Origin: the human T2T-CHM13v2.0 reference genome, Homo sapiens
Assembly (NCBI RefSeq): GCF_009914755.1
Contig: NC_060942.1
DNA length: 64,000 nucleotides
Strand: one strand, 5' to 3'
The translations under genes and the position numbers were made by a program. The notes below the pieces were generated by a model. The model had not been told where the DNA came from. It saw only the letters and a list, made by a program, of their open reading frames with translations, and searched no databases. Shown piece by piece: positions 49,890 through 63,085 of the stretch. The first letter of the stretch is position 1. Every line of letters starts with the position of its first letter.

Positions 49890-50846
49890 CCCTGTGCCTA
49901 ATAAAGGCAAGTCAGTGCTAATTTGTAGCATGGCTGTTTTAGACACAAAGGCACAGTTTGAGATACACTGAGTTGTACAGCACTCGTTAAGTATCAAATA
50001 GGAACTGATTTTTTTTTTTTGTATTCTTTGGAAATGTGTTTGGACTTTGAAAATATTTCTATTTTAACTTCAAGACTAATCCACCTCTCTTTTGGGTTCC
50101 ACCCTGAAAAAAATTGTATTTATATCATGATATCATGCACTCACCCTCCAACTGACTGAATTCATCTAGAGTAGGCAAATTTAGTGTGGACTTTGCCCCA
50201 TTCAGCACAGATAGAATCCAACTGGAAACAAAACAAAACAAAACAAAAAAGTGTGTGACTCACTTTATGTGTTTCTCTACATCTCTCACCTTAAAATTCA
50301 TTTTCTTTTCTAGTTTCTTTGTGGCTATATCAAGGTTAATCAAACAACTTTGATCTATAATCATTTGTTTGCATTTCTAGGATTCAAACAACAAAGCAGT
50401 TAGAATCCTGGTTTAGAAGAAATCATGAAACTTTACATTTCTTTACACAGACTCCTCTAAATCTTGTTTGAGAGATAATAATTAGTTCACGTTAGGAAGT
50501 AAAGGGAAACAGAATAGCAATTACATGTACAAAAGAAGTTGCTATCTTTGAAATAAAAACGCAAGATCTCCAGAAATAACTTCTTGGCCTGAGATTCCAC
50601 CAGAAGGCAGTCTTTTATTTATGAAGTCACTGAGCTGGGAGGCACCAGACTCCATTCTGACCTCTGATCTGGTATACGCACTGTGTAATCATTAGCATAA
50701 TGGTTGAATGTCTTCAAGGAAGAGATCTGGTCATGACTTTCAGTAATCCATTTGAATCCTGAAAAATAGCTTAGTTGTTGTAACAGGAGAACGTTCTAAA
50801 CATAATATTTAGTAACTTTTTTTTTTCTGGTCACCATTAAGTACAG

Positions 50847-51029
50847 CACCGGTTCTCAAAGTGTGATTTAAGTAGCCTCAGCATCAGTTGGAAACCTGTG
50901 AAAAATTCAAGTTTTTGGGCCCCAATTTAGACCTAGCAAATCAAGAACTCAGGGAGTGCAGCCCAAAAATCTGTTTGTTCACAAGATGTCTATGTGATTA
51001 TGAGTCTCACTCAAGTATGAGATACACTG
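50847..51029. mobile_element. MER5A (hAT-Charlie MITE)
   Basis: CACCGGTTCTCAAAGTGTG...CAGCATCAGTTGGAAACC...GCCCAAAAATCTGT...AGTATGAGATACACTG. Confidence 0.85.
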
Positions 51030-51097
51030 GGCAACAGCATGGAGTCATTGATAAACACAGGAGCTGACTTATGCTAGTTTATTTATTTTAAAAATAT

Positions 51098-51242
51098 TAA
51101 AATAGAAAAGTAGCCAAATTAAAGGGCCTGTTTGCTTTGTTACTTAGGCATTGAAGCTCTATTTTTAAAATTACCCCTTGTCTTGCTTTTAAAAGGTGTT
51201 CATGCCAGTAAAAGCCCACGCATTCTAATCTGGGCTAAATAC
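51098..51242 (+). repeat. Dispersed direct duplication, copy 2
   Basis: Partner of 49741-49889. The core is offset by 1353 bp. Confidence 0.95.
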
Positions 51243-51314
51243 ATAGGCCAAACAGAGACTTTGTTAATCTATTTGTTGTACTAAATAAGACATACATTCT
51301 CAGTATAAGTAATA

Positions 51315-51556
51315 TCTTTCCCAAGCAGCAAAAATTATTTTGTGGGGGAGAGGGAGCCAGAAAAAATTCTTAGACATCACAATAGTTAGTGGCCATCAAA
51401 GGGCTGCAAAACAAAAACAGTCATATAGTATACCTGTGATATTAAAATTTCATGAGAGAGGCCAATAGAAAGAAACACTAGACAGTCTCCTTAGGGGGTC
51501 AATTCTGGAAAAAAAAAGAAACAAACACACACACACACACAAATTGAAACTTCCTA
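51315..51556. mobile_element. Charlie4-like hAT fragment
   Basis: TCTTAGACATCACAAT...GTATACCTGTGATATTAAAATTTCATG...CTCCTTAGGGGG. Confidence 0.55.
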
Positions 51557-51869
51557 ATCTAAGGCAACCCTTGATCCTCTAATTTAAGAGATATTTTATT
51601 CCTAGTATTTTCTCTTTCAGATTCTATAGACAAGGTACTAGGTAATAAATTTTGGTGAATTAGAGTCCATTTTAATTTAATGATAGGTGATTAATTCCAC
51701 AGTGAAGGTATCCCTACATTACATATATAACAAGTAAAATTAATAAATGAGATAATATCTTTTATGGGTAAATCTCTTTAGATTTTGTGTTCTTTGCAAA
51801 AATAATTTGGTTTCTAATTATTGTCTTCATTTTTCAGATTATAAAATCAAAGATCTGAAAGATTGAATT

Positions 51870-52740
51870 AATTCATCCATTTATTTATTCTAAAATAATT
51901 TATTGAATATCTGGTATGTGATAAAAGCCATTCCAGGCATAGATGATTAGCAGTGAGCAAAATGGAAAGAAATCCTTGCCCTACCCTTCTAGAGCTCACA
52001 TCCTAACAGGAAGATATAACATAAATGAGGTAAATAATTAAAACATATAGATTTATAAAATCAGGGTGTCCAAACTTTTGGCTTCCCTAAGCCACAATGA
52101 AAGAATTGTTTTGGGCCACACATAAAATTGTTTTGGGCCACACACTAACACAAAGGATATCTGATGAGCTTTAAAAAAATCACAAAAAATTTATAATTTT
52201 TAAGAAAGTTTATGAATTTGTGTTGGGCCACATTCAAAGCCATCCTGGGCCACATGTGGCCCATGGGCTCTGGATTGGACAAGCTTGTTTTAAATGGTGG
52301 CTTGTTAAAGAAATAACAAAAAAGAGGTCTCAGTGTTGGTGGTCAGGCATGGGGACTGGGCAAGGAAGACTAACTGGGAAAAAGTTCAAGGTGGTACAAA
52401 GGAGTGAGGTGGGGCTCCATGGAAAAGCCATGAGTTTTAGATATAGGACAGCAAAGGTGAACTACTAGCCATAATTTTGGAGAAAAAATTCCATGCAGCA
52501 CAAATGAGGGACAAGGAATAGCAAAGTCTAATGACAAGGCAAATGTTATAGAAAGAAAAAGAAGTGACAAGATTAGAGAAGTATGTTGGGAAGAAACTGT
52601 AGAAGTCTTCAAAACCCAAATAAATAGACATTAATCTTTCTAAAGCAGATAAATATTGAAGGTGTTTAAAGCATAATTCAAATGGTGTGTTGATCAAATA
52701 AACAATAATTACTAGGCAACATATATTAGAGAGAAGAGTA
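51870..52740 (-). mobile_element. L2 3' region (interrupted by MER30)
   Basis: ATTCATCCATTTATTTATTC...TTTATTGAATATCTG...CCTTCTAGAGCTCACAT. Confidence 0.7.
52062..52287 (+). mobile_element. MER30 (hAT-Charlie MITE)
   Basis: CAGGGTGTCCAAACTTTTGGCTTCCCT ... TTGGACAAGCTTG, with degenerate 8-bp TSD TATAAAAT/TTTTAAAT. Confidence 0.92.
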
Positions 52741-52999
52741 GGCAGAAAGGGCAGTCAAATACCCATCACAGTTGATTAGACTATAAGCTCCCTAGAGGGT
52801 GGGATCTGTGTCTATAGAGCAGTTAATTTCCCATAACAGTTAGAACTACGATCATAAGTTTTAGATACCCAAGAAATATTTGTCTCAGAATTGATCTAGA
52901 CACAATAATAGAAGGGCTGGAACCAGTATTCTGCCAATGTGGAAAATACTGCTGCAAAAGACCTTATGAATCAAGTATTGAATTAATTCAGTAACTATT

Positions 53000-53700
53000 A
53001 TACATGTGCAAAACAAAAGAAATTCCAGTGGCTGAGTCTGATTGAGAATTATGAAAAGACTTATATTAACTGAAATTGTGAATTTTGAAGGAAGATTGGG
53101 GTAAGAAAATAAATTTCAGAATATCTTAATTTTAAGATTGTTTTAGGACTTCTGAGGTGGAAACTGTATGGATGTGGTTGGAAAGGAGGTCCTGTGAGAA
53201 GAGAGGGTTTTGGAATTACCTGTCATTATAAGTGCAGTGGTCGAAATGATGAGTTTGGGTGGTACCTGGCCAATTGAAAATTATCCTTCTATCACTTTCA
53301 AAAAGTCACTTCTTTCTGACCTCAGTGGCATTTATAAAATAATATCTTCCTAAGCTAAAATATAATATTAAGACTTTATGATTTTTCATAAGAGTGGAAG
53401 ACTCAGGACCAAGATGTTGTGAACAAAGTCATATGTAAAAGTCAGAAAGGGGAAGAGGAGATGAAACAGGAAGCAACAGAAATGAAAGTATCTCAGAATA
53501 CATTTCTGCCATTAGAGCCAAGAAGAGAGTTTACAGAAGTGTAAGGTAATTGGGGCTATAAATGCCTGAGACAAAAGCAGTATCAGGTGACAGCTATTTG
53601 GTGACTAAGAAGTCATCAGTGATCTTTGTAAGAGCAGCATCATTAGAGTGATAGGGCAAAAGCCAGACATCAGAGTGCAATGGAGCATACAGCAAAACGT
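53000..53700 (-). mobile_element. L2 fragments
   Basis: GTCATCAGTGATCTTTGTAAGAGCAG...GGGCAAAAGCCAGA and related motifs. Confidence 0.5.
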
Positions 53701-53791
53701 GAGAGCCTCATTAATCATTCTGCTTGCCTTGACATGCTTCTACTTTTCTGGAGCTCTCAAAAGTCATCATGGATATATATACATACATATA

Positions 53792-53831
53792 TGTGTGTGC
53801 GTGTGTGTATATATACACACACGCACACACA
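53792..53831. repeat. Perfect 40-bp palindrome of (TG)n/(CA)n
   Basis: TGTGTGTGCGTGTGTGTA-TATA-TACACACACGCACACACA. Confidence 0.95.
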
Positions 53832-55109
53832 CTAAGAAAGATACAGAATCTCACTTGAAATTCAAGACATCTATCCTTCTGCCTTAGTCATTAGATACTA
53901 AGACTGGATTTCTTAAATTTCAAAGTGTCGCCACTTTCCTATGATTTTACATATTCAATACTTAATACCCCTACAGTGATGAACAACGTGTATTTGACTG
54001 ACACAAGATGGGAAGTACTTTGAAAGTCATTATTCTAAATGCAAAAAGATTTTGAATAATTCTTCAGTACATCAAGGCATTTATCACATAAGCAATTATC
54101 AAATATTTTGTAGGGGAAAAAGTTAATTTAAAGCACTTCTGATGTTCAGTGTTACTTAGAACAATTGTGAACACATTGTAACCCTCCGATACACCTACCA
54201 ACCTCTATTGACCTTTCTGAGGTCAGAATGAGCTTCAGGCAAAATTATGCTGCCCTAAAGGTTTACTTTTGATAGCCCTAGCTCCCAGCTTTCACTATAT
54301 TCCTTCCTACCTTTGCTGTTCTTCTTTCCTTTTTTTTCTTTTTTTTTACTCTTAGGTGGCTATGTGCTCCCATGCTCCCAGCTCACTCATAAGTAATTCC
54401 AGGGGATTTTTTTCACTGATAAGAGCTCAAAGTATTAACTCATAGAAGGTATTTGCATTTCAAAAATGAACTCAGGAAGACTAAACACTGAGATCCAAAG
54501 TGGAAATGTACAGAGATTTAATCTCAAGCATTGGTGACATTGGTATGGAAGAGATATGAGAACACTGCAAACATTTGGCACCCCTCAAATTGTACCTTAT
54601 ATGTACCTAAGTCTTTCTGGGCAGTCTGTTGCAAACTATAAATTATTAATATTTGAGGAAAAATATTTTGTTTTCGCCTAACCTTGGAAATGGTGAAGAC
54701 TACCCTTCAGTAACAAATTCTAAATAGTTCAACTAAATTTACATAAACAGTAATTTCCACCTCTGAAGATGTCTATTAAAAAATATTTTCTTTTTAATAT
54801 TTTCTTTTAATAAAGAAAAACCATAAAATCCCTTGTCCAGTCAAAGGTTTAAACTTATTTCAGTACAATAGGCATTGGAATATATTCAACAGAGTCAGCG
54901 TTATCTCTTGTTTTACCTTTCAAGGAGTTTCTGGCTTCTTAGATATCAAGGGAATTAATTTCCATCATGAATTTCCTGTTTCATCAGTAAGAGCCTATCA
55001 TGTACAAGGTTGATGCTGCATCGACAGAAAATTTCATATCTTTAATGTAGAATCATCATATTGGTCTCGTATCTTTAGAAAAAAAAATTATCTTCCTAGA
55101 CTTATTTTA

Positions 55110-55270
55110 GAGGCAGTGTGGCATAGTGGGGTATTTGTTTGAAAATAACTGTTACTAATTTTCTGTCACCTTAGACACATAACTAAACTTCCCTGAGCTT
55201 CAGTTCCCTCATTTATAAATATAAAGTTTTTTTTCATTGTGAAAATAAATGGAGAGTTTTGCTAAATGCC
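55110..55270 (+). mobile_element. MIR fragment
   Basis: GAGGCAGTGTGGCATAGTGG...CCCTGAGCTTCAGTTCCCTCATTTATAAA. Confidence 0.7.
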
Positions 55271-56344
55271 CTCCAAAATATTCTTCTCTCTACCTGGATA
55301 CATCACTTCTCTGAACGATAGAGTTCTAACAATTCTCCCTCTAGGAAAAAAATAAAAAAAGAAAAACTAAATAAAAAAGAAGAAGAAGAAAGAAGAAAAA
55401 GAAAACTTTCACTCTGATGATCATGTCTAATTCTCTTATTTTCCTGTTAAGCTTGTTATTGTTCAAGTAGCGGCTGTTCCTCGGAAGCAGTTTATTTAAT
55501 GTAACACTGCTCTAAGCTTAGATCGGGAAAAATAAAATCATTTCTGAATCTCCTAGGTGAGGCTAGAACTGAGCTGTGAAGTATCAAACATACGGTTCCT
55601 AATTTAGTCCTCTTTTTTAAGTGGGGCCTCCTTCTCATACAGACCTTGATGTATACAAGAAAACAGAACAAAGCCTGGATGGGTAAATTGTGACTGGGTA
55701 AATTTGTTATGCCATGCTTCTTTTTTCCAGTGACTTTTATCCTGTAATAATCACCCCTCTCCCATGTGCCCAACACCCTCAGTGTAGCACCCTCCAGACC
55801 CCTCCAACACCTACTCCGGCTCCAGGTGCCCACCCATAAATAGTGCTTCATTGAGGCCCGCCATGATGTGAATGTTTCCCTCAAGGGAGTTGCCTCACTG
55901 TGCTAGGTTTCATTCACGCAAGGACCCTGAGCAGTTATACTAGCTAAGTGGGGAAATATTCCCAATATGATATAAATGGTGAATATTTAAATAAGTCCTA
56001 TTTTATTCACTCTCCCTTAAATGCTAAAGTGTCAACTGTATATCACTTTGGCTCAAATGATTCAGTAGTTAAAATACCTACAACGTGGTCATTGTACTTT
56101 TTTTCTTTTTTTGAGCCAAATGCTTATGTGTATGGGTTTATTGTAGAAGCATATGTGGAATACAGCTCTCAAGTTCTTTTCTAGGTTTTCCTTTCACAAA
56201 TCTACGCTGCTTGTACCTGGAGTCAAACTAAACTAGTCACAGTTCCCAGTAACAGCTGTTATCTCCATTTACAAAGTAAGTTCTCCAATCTACTTAGATT
56301 TAAAATGCAGCTTGAATTTAACTTTTCTGAATCTCCTCTTTTAT

Positions 56345-56445
56345 AGAATTTTGTGTGTAGCTACCTCATAAGATTGTGAGAATTCAATAAAATAATGCAT
56401 GTAAAGCACCTATCATGGTGACTCAATAAATGGTAATTATTATTG
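56345..56445 (+). mobile_element. MIR 3' end
   Basis: CTACCTCATAAGATTGTGAGAATT...ATGCATGTAAAGCAC...CTCAATAAATGGTAATTATTATT. Confidence 0.75.
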
Positions 56446-57628
56446 CATGACTCACTATATCTTTTTTCATCCTTTTAGCACTGAAAGAAAAGTTTTACAT
56501 AACTATTAGTCAAATTAATGAAGAATTGAACTAACCTAGTTAGTATTTTTCAATTGATTAGCTTAAAAGTATAGAAAATAACACTAGAGATGGGGAATGG
56601 AGAAAGAAATAATATTCAAAATAAAAATTAGCAAATCCAAGCAATTTCAGCAGATCCCTAGCAGATTCCATGTAAAAGACATCCAAAGAAGTGACAATTT
56701 ATCCTCTTTCTAAATCAATTTTCCTTTCCAAAGGAATGTTTAATAACTAAAACAGTGTTGTAGACATGGCTGCCTTATTTTTGCAATAGTTTTGTGCCTT
56801 CACATTTTTACAGAACTCCATCAGCTTTTCAGCTTTTCTCTTAAAATCCTTTCCTTTTCTCATTAGTCTGTTAGTAATCATTGCTTTCCTTGGCATCTCC
56901 ATTTTGTCAGGTTATTATGCATTCCTCAGCATTGTGAAAAAATGAAAAGTGGAAAAATCACATATTTTTCAGCTGACTTAACACTGCGTAAAGCACTGAA
57001 ATTATTAATTGAACATCTTGATTATAAATTAAGTGGAAATAATGTTGAAGAAGCAGCCCCTAGTCAAATAGGATTATTATTAGGGCTACACATTGAATGA
57101 TTTGAATTTCATCCTGGTAGTAGTAAATACAGTTAATACCAGTGAATATGAGCTCATAGATTTTGGCTGAATATCAACCAAATCAAGCAAGCAATTGCCT
57201 TTGCAATTTTGAGGTTTACATCCTAAAATCATGTGACCGCTGCATCTTTGCCCCTATAACTGCTTGAGAACTACATCAAGTTTAGCCAAGCTAATAGCTA
57301 TCTCCCTTCTGGAAACATTTAATCCAAAATCACAACATTTTTAAAACCTCAGTAAAATTCACTCCACTAATTTCAAAGAGGTGATAATCCAAAATGAAGC
57401 TTGATGAATGTTCACCTTTAAATAGTACCGTGAAAAATGTGTTCATCTTGGGCAAATTAAAGCATCATCCACACTTTAGCAAATGATTAACTTGCTAAAG
57501 ATAATAAACCAACTTGAACCTCAGAGTAAAATTTACTAGCATATCAACATGCAATGCTTAATTACAAGCTACTTTTATCTGTTCTTTGAAGCAGGACTGG
57601 AAAGATCTCTATCTAGCAATATTTTGCA

Positions 57629-58507
57629 TGTTATTTGGGATAGGTTTGGTTAAGGTAACAACTCTCAAAATTCCAGTGGCTTAAAACAATAAACTTTTAG
57701 TTCATGCTTACATAACATTTCTGTGTAGGTGCCAGATTGCTAAAGGAGCTCACTTCCACTGTCATGTACAGACCCTGTGATGGGCAGTTTTATGCATCGG
57801 TTTGGCTGGGCTATGGTGCCCGGTTATACAACCAAGCATTAATCAAGGTGCTGCTATGAAGATACTTTGTACATATGACTAACGTTTGCAATCAATTGAC
57901 TAAAGAAAGAAGTTTATCCTCCACTATGTGGGCAGGCTTCACCCAATCAGTTAAAGACAATCAGGGCAGAATTGAGACTTCTCTGAGGAAGAAGAAATTC
58001 TGCCTCAAGACTACAGCATCTGCTCTGGCCTCAGGTTTCAGCCTGCTGGCCTGCCCTACAAAGTTCAGGCACACTAGCCTCTACGATTGCATAAATAAAT
58101 TCCTTGAAATAAATTTCTTTTTTTTATTTTTTGTGTTTATATATACATACTACATATGTGTGTGTATGTTTGTGTGTGTGTATATTGTCAAATCTTACTT
58201 ATTTGTTTCTCTGAAAACCCTATTAAAGAACCCCCACCACCACTCCAAGCTCTTTCCATCTGCTAATTCTGCCATTGTCGTCTTCCTCTTTTAACTGGCA
58301 GAGGAGAAAGAGCACAGAAAAAGCACACAGAGAGGAATTCATTGAAAGGTTTTATAGATCTGGAAGTAGCACATAGCATTATCTGTTTACATTCTTTGTG
58401 AGAGACCTGGTTAAGCCTAATTGCTAGAAAAGCTGGGAAATGGCACCCAGATGGGTCCCAAAATAGAGAACAGATTTTGATGAACAAAATCTAGTTTGTC
58501 TCTATCA
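57629..58507 (-). mobile_element. MLT1 (J/K-like) LTR split by an MLT2 insertion
   Basis: CAGTGGCTTAAAACAATAAA on the left, and CTGGAAGTAGCACAT...AAGCTGGGAAATG on the right. Confidence 0.65.
57776..58229 (+). mobile_element. MLT2D-like ERVL solo LTR
   Basis: TGTGATGGGCAGTTTTATGC...GAGGAAGAAGAAATTCTGCCTCAAGAC...CCTGCTGGCCTGCCCTACA...TGTTTCTCTGAAAACCCT. Confidence 0.85.
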
Positions 58508-58879
58508 AAGTAGTCTCTACTAAAATTTTTAATAATATTATTTATAACACAATTTGAAAAATTACATTTTTGTTATTTTAATTTGAGATTTTCTATTTTG
58601 TCATTTAATAAGAAATTTAAGGTAAGTCTCAATTTGGCTGAATAAAAGTAGAGGGATTGTCATTATAGGCTGAAGGAATAGAGAAATCTTGAAGAAAGTG
58701 AGAAGGGTAGGAGGAAAAGAAAAAAGGGACCTGCAAGATAAATAGACAGGATACACCTTTCTGGAATTTGTGATCTGATCTTATTTGCCCTTCCCCTCTC
58801 TGTTAGTGTATCATTACCTTGGTGAGCCGCCATTATAAATGGGAGTTGCCTATTTCTCATGCATGTTTAAGCAGCAACA

Positions 58880-59340
58880 ACAAAAAGTTAGAAAAACTGG
58901 CCTGGATCTTGGAGTAAGTGAGGAATGAAGAAAAATAAGGCTAGATAAGTATAGAGTCAGTCACCTCAAGATATTAAATTTTACTGTTCAGACAATGGAG
59001 AGTTAATGTTAAGCCTTTAAAAGAGGATTAATTCATCAATATCACATGTTACATTTACCATTCTGCTTTATTTAAAACTAATGGGACATGGGAGAGGCAT
59101 GAATGACATAGATCAGTTAGAAGGAAGATTGCAGTAATTGTATAAGGAAGAGCTAAATGCCTGCATTGTGACAGGGGTGGTGGTAATTAAAAGAAAAGGA
59201 AAAAAAGGAGTGACATTATGGCAGTAGCATGAATGGCACTTAATGGCTTATTGGATACAGTGGTAAGAGAAATAAAATATTTTAAAATATTGCCTAGGTT
59301 TCAAATTCTGGTGATGGAAGTCTGGTGTAACTTAATTAAA
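58880..59340 (-). mobile_element. L2 fragment
   Basis: GACAATGGAGAG...AGATCAGTTAGAAGG...GCACTTAATGGCTTATTGGAT. Confidence 0.5.
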
Positions 59341-62224
59341 ATTAGGGTTACTTAACTGGTTCTCTGGAATATGCTAAGCTTCCCAGCAGAGACAGCCAAG
59401 GCACTTGGCCCCTCTTGTGGCACATACGGTGGGCTGTGGGGGCCCAGAAGAGAGGGTGAACCTTACAGGAATGTCCAGTTTCCTTTGCCATGTTCAGACC
59501 TCTTGTATTACTAAACCATACTTCATCACTCCAGAAAGACATTTAATGTTCATTAAGGAGTTATAAATAGGTTGCTCCCTTATCAAACTGGCAACTGGGT
59601 CAATTTCATACTGAGTCATTAAATGTCTTAAGAACTGGTAATCTATCATGCTTTAATGACAACTTTAAAATGGTATTTCAAAACCAAAAGATTTATATCC
59701 CATTAAGAGATGATTGTAATTTACTAATATGAGACTTGGCTCACCCATTGAGAGCTATGTTTTAGGGAGAAGGGCTGGGGGTAACTACTTTGTAATATTG
59801 AAAACAGCTCACCATTTTGGATATTAATTTTAGAGCCAGCATTCACATAATTTGTGTCTCGGCAGACACACAGATAGCCAATATATGATAACTTCATCAA
59901 ATTTTGAATGGAACATTTTAACTCAGAAACGTAAACCGAAGGGGCTGGACCAAAAAGCAAAGTCAAAAACAAACATACAAAAAACTAAGGCAATATTCTA
60001 GCTACTTAAAAGTCAAATAAACACATATGTAAATAACAAAATAGTTCTGCATGCTATTGATGGGAACATATGTATCACATGATCAGTTCCCATGTAATTC
60101 CTCTTTCTCACTTAGGGATTACTGTGGATGAACATAGACATTTTCAACGTTGTCCCTATTTACCTTGTCCTTTTTCAGCTTTGCTGATGGCCATGGGGGT
60201 CATTTTGAGAGATGGAAGCCTCAGTATGTATTCTGCTGGTAACAGTTCTCCAGAATTCACAATATTTATATAAATTATTTTTCTGTTAAATAAAACTCTC
60301 TCTGTCTTAACTATTCTTGCCACTGTTGCTATTACTCTGTAGCTATTAATTATTTTTTTATCAAACTCTTTACAGTTCCACATTGGTATTATGTATCATA
60401 TTGTTGAGAAGATTCATTCTGAGTTTTTAGAAAAATTATGATTCTTCTTTTATCTTTTTACTTGTATTGATTCACTGAGTTAATTATCACTTGATCTAAT
60501 TTTTCCTTGCTAACTAAATCATTGGGTTATTCCCACTTGTGCTAATCTTTTCATCAGTCATTGGTGTCGTTTGCTTTCATGTGTCCTACCTCTAAAAGTG
60601 GAACAAAACTTTAGTCTTTTATTTTTTGACTTCTATGCCTCAATTAATTACTAAATTGTTTCGGTGTCTTTCATATCGTGTTTCCTAAGAATTTAACTGT
60701 TGAATCATATAATCAGGCACTTCATGGTATCTCAGAAGTTGGTACCATGATGACTGTAGTGCTGCCTCACAGATACTAGTCTCACTCCAGTGTATTCCAA
60801 AGCAGGGTTTTCCTCTTTCAGCTCTCTAACTCAATGTCTCTTCCTCACAAAGAAGAACACTGGCTACAATTTAGGAAGTTTCAGGGCTCCTCCCTTAAAG
60901 GTATGATTCAGAAACATATCTTTATTTTTCAGTGCCTTGCTTGCCTCATCCATAAAATAGAAGTAATAGATTGGAGAACCTCCCAGATCTTATACAACTC
61001 AATGTTCTTATGTTATGGAAATAACTTCTGGACACTCAAGCAAATAAAGAGAAAACTCTTTCTCTCTTGGTCTTTTCTTATTTTTCCTCTCAATAATATT
61101 TTTCTTTCTTGGACCTGGAGTAATGAATAAAATAACTGTATTTTATTTATAATTTTGTTGGTTGATATTTAAATGGTTCATATTTTCCACAAAACGGAAG
61201 CTTTACCAACTTAAATATTTTTAACTATGTTTTTTCCCTTCAGTTTTCTGTTTACAAATTGTAGTAGGGAATAACAAATAGTTTCAAGTCGTGCTTTAGG
61301 TTGTGGGGACGTAGTTGCAATTCAACATTTGTAAATTACAGGTAAAAAAAAAAAAAGACAAGGTTTTCAATTCAGAAACTAGCAATAAGACTTTGGATGA
61401 CTGATTTAATTTAAACTTTAATTTACTCATCTTTAAAATAGTCTACTGCTAATGTATATTCTAGTTGCAGCATTCAGTAAACCTACAAATTATTTGTCAG
61501 ATTAACAATGCCACCTAAAAATGTAATGCCACTTTCATTAAAATATTTTTCTATATGATATATTAACTCATTTTCAAACTATGAAGGAAGAGAATCATTA
61601 TTTTTAATACAAAGGCATTGGTCCAGGAAAGCGAAATGAATGGTTCAAGCACACAACTACCTTGTCATTGCAGCCTATATAATTCTCCTTTTCTCTGATT
61701 TTTTGTCTGATTACTTTTATATACCAGAGCATAAAGTTCCATAAATTTGCTTAATACAGTAAATCAATGATTTTTATGTAATTTGTAGTTCTGAATTAGT
61801 AATCAACTAATTTTATGCACCAGACCTAACTAGGATCTCTAATGTTTAACTGAAGATGCAAATGAATAACAACAACATAAAAAGTGATACTGAGGGTTAA
61901 GAAGTATTCCCAGCCTCTGATGGTCACTTTCTGTCCAAGAGTGACTAGAAGGAAAGTAGAATCATTAAACTGCTAGTAAGAAAATTATATACAAAAAAGT
62001 TTAGTTATGCATGTAGAATTAAGTAAAACTCTTTTTGTCACTGAGGAACAATGTTTTAGGAAAATTTTAGAATGGTAGCTAATGTGCATAACTATAATTG
62101 GCTGTGTAAAAACTGACGAAATTTATAGAAGTTACCTCTTTATTTTTTCTTGTAACACCTTATATTTCTTTACCCTCAAATTTTACAGTAAGTAATTCCA
62201 AACATAAACACAAGGCCTTAGGAA

Positions 62225-63085
62225 AGCAATAAGAACAGAAGACAACCCAACAGAAAAATGGGCATTAGACTTGAACAAGCTACTCACAAAGGGGATATTT
62301 CAATAAATAAGGGTTTAACTTCATTGGAAATAAAAATAAGGGTTTAACTTCATTGGAAATTAGATAAAAGAAAAATAAAACTGTACTGTGATACCACTAA
62401 AATGTGTCAGATTGCCTAGAGTGTAAAATTGAACTATCAAATATAGGCAAAGATGTCAATCAACTGGCACTTTCATGTGCTGCTGGTGAAAGTGTAAACT
62501 GGTACAACTGCTTTGGAAAACTCAGGCAATATCTAGTAAAACTGACTTATGCATGCAGGCCATACATTTTACTCCAGGGCATATATTAAAAAAAATCTAC
62601 GAGTATGTTCTCCAAATGGCAAATAAAAGATTGTTTATAACAGTCTTATTTATAATAGTGAAAAACTAGAAACAACTCAATTACACATCAATAGTAGAAT
62701 GGAGAAATAAACTGTGGTATAATTATACAACATAGTATATATGTATATATACTAGAGAACTCTATATAACCTCATAAATATTTTTAGTGGACAAAATGTT
62801 GAACAAAAGAAGCCATACACACAAAACATATATTGTATAATTCCATTCATATAAAGCTTAGAAACAAGCAAAACTAATGTGTTAACAGTCAGAATAATGA
62901 TTACCCTTGAAACAAAAATAGTGACTGGAACAGGCATAAGGAATCACTTTGATTATTGATTACATTCTGGTTTTTGGTTTGGGTACTGGTTACATAACAT
63001 ATTCAAATTGAGAAAATTCCTCAAGCTGGATATAATTTGTATACTTTGTCCATATGTGTACTTCAAAAATATGTACATTAATAGA
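62225..63085 (+). mobile_element. L1ME-type 3' end
   Basis: CAACCCAACAGAAAAATGGGCA, GCTGGTGAAAGTGTAAACTGGTACAACTGCTTTGGAAAA, TATAATTCCATTCATATAAAG. Confidence 0.85.
62305..62360 (+). repeat. Perfect 27-bp direct repeat (period 29)
   Basis: AAATAAGGGTTTAACTTCATTGGAAAT at 62305-62331 and 62334-62360. Confidence 0.95.

Noticed and set aside
58610-58630. Consensus donor AAG|GTAAGT (similar sites at 19030 and 40691)
   Set aside because: Isolated donors without other support are expected by chance in 64 kb.
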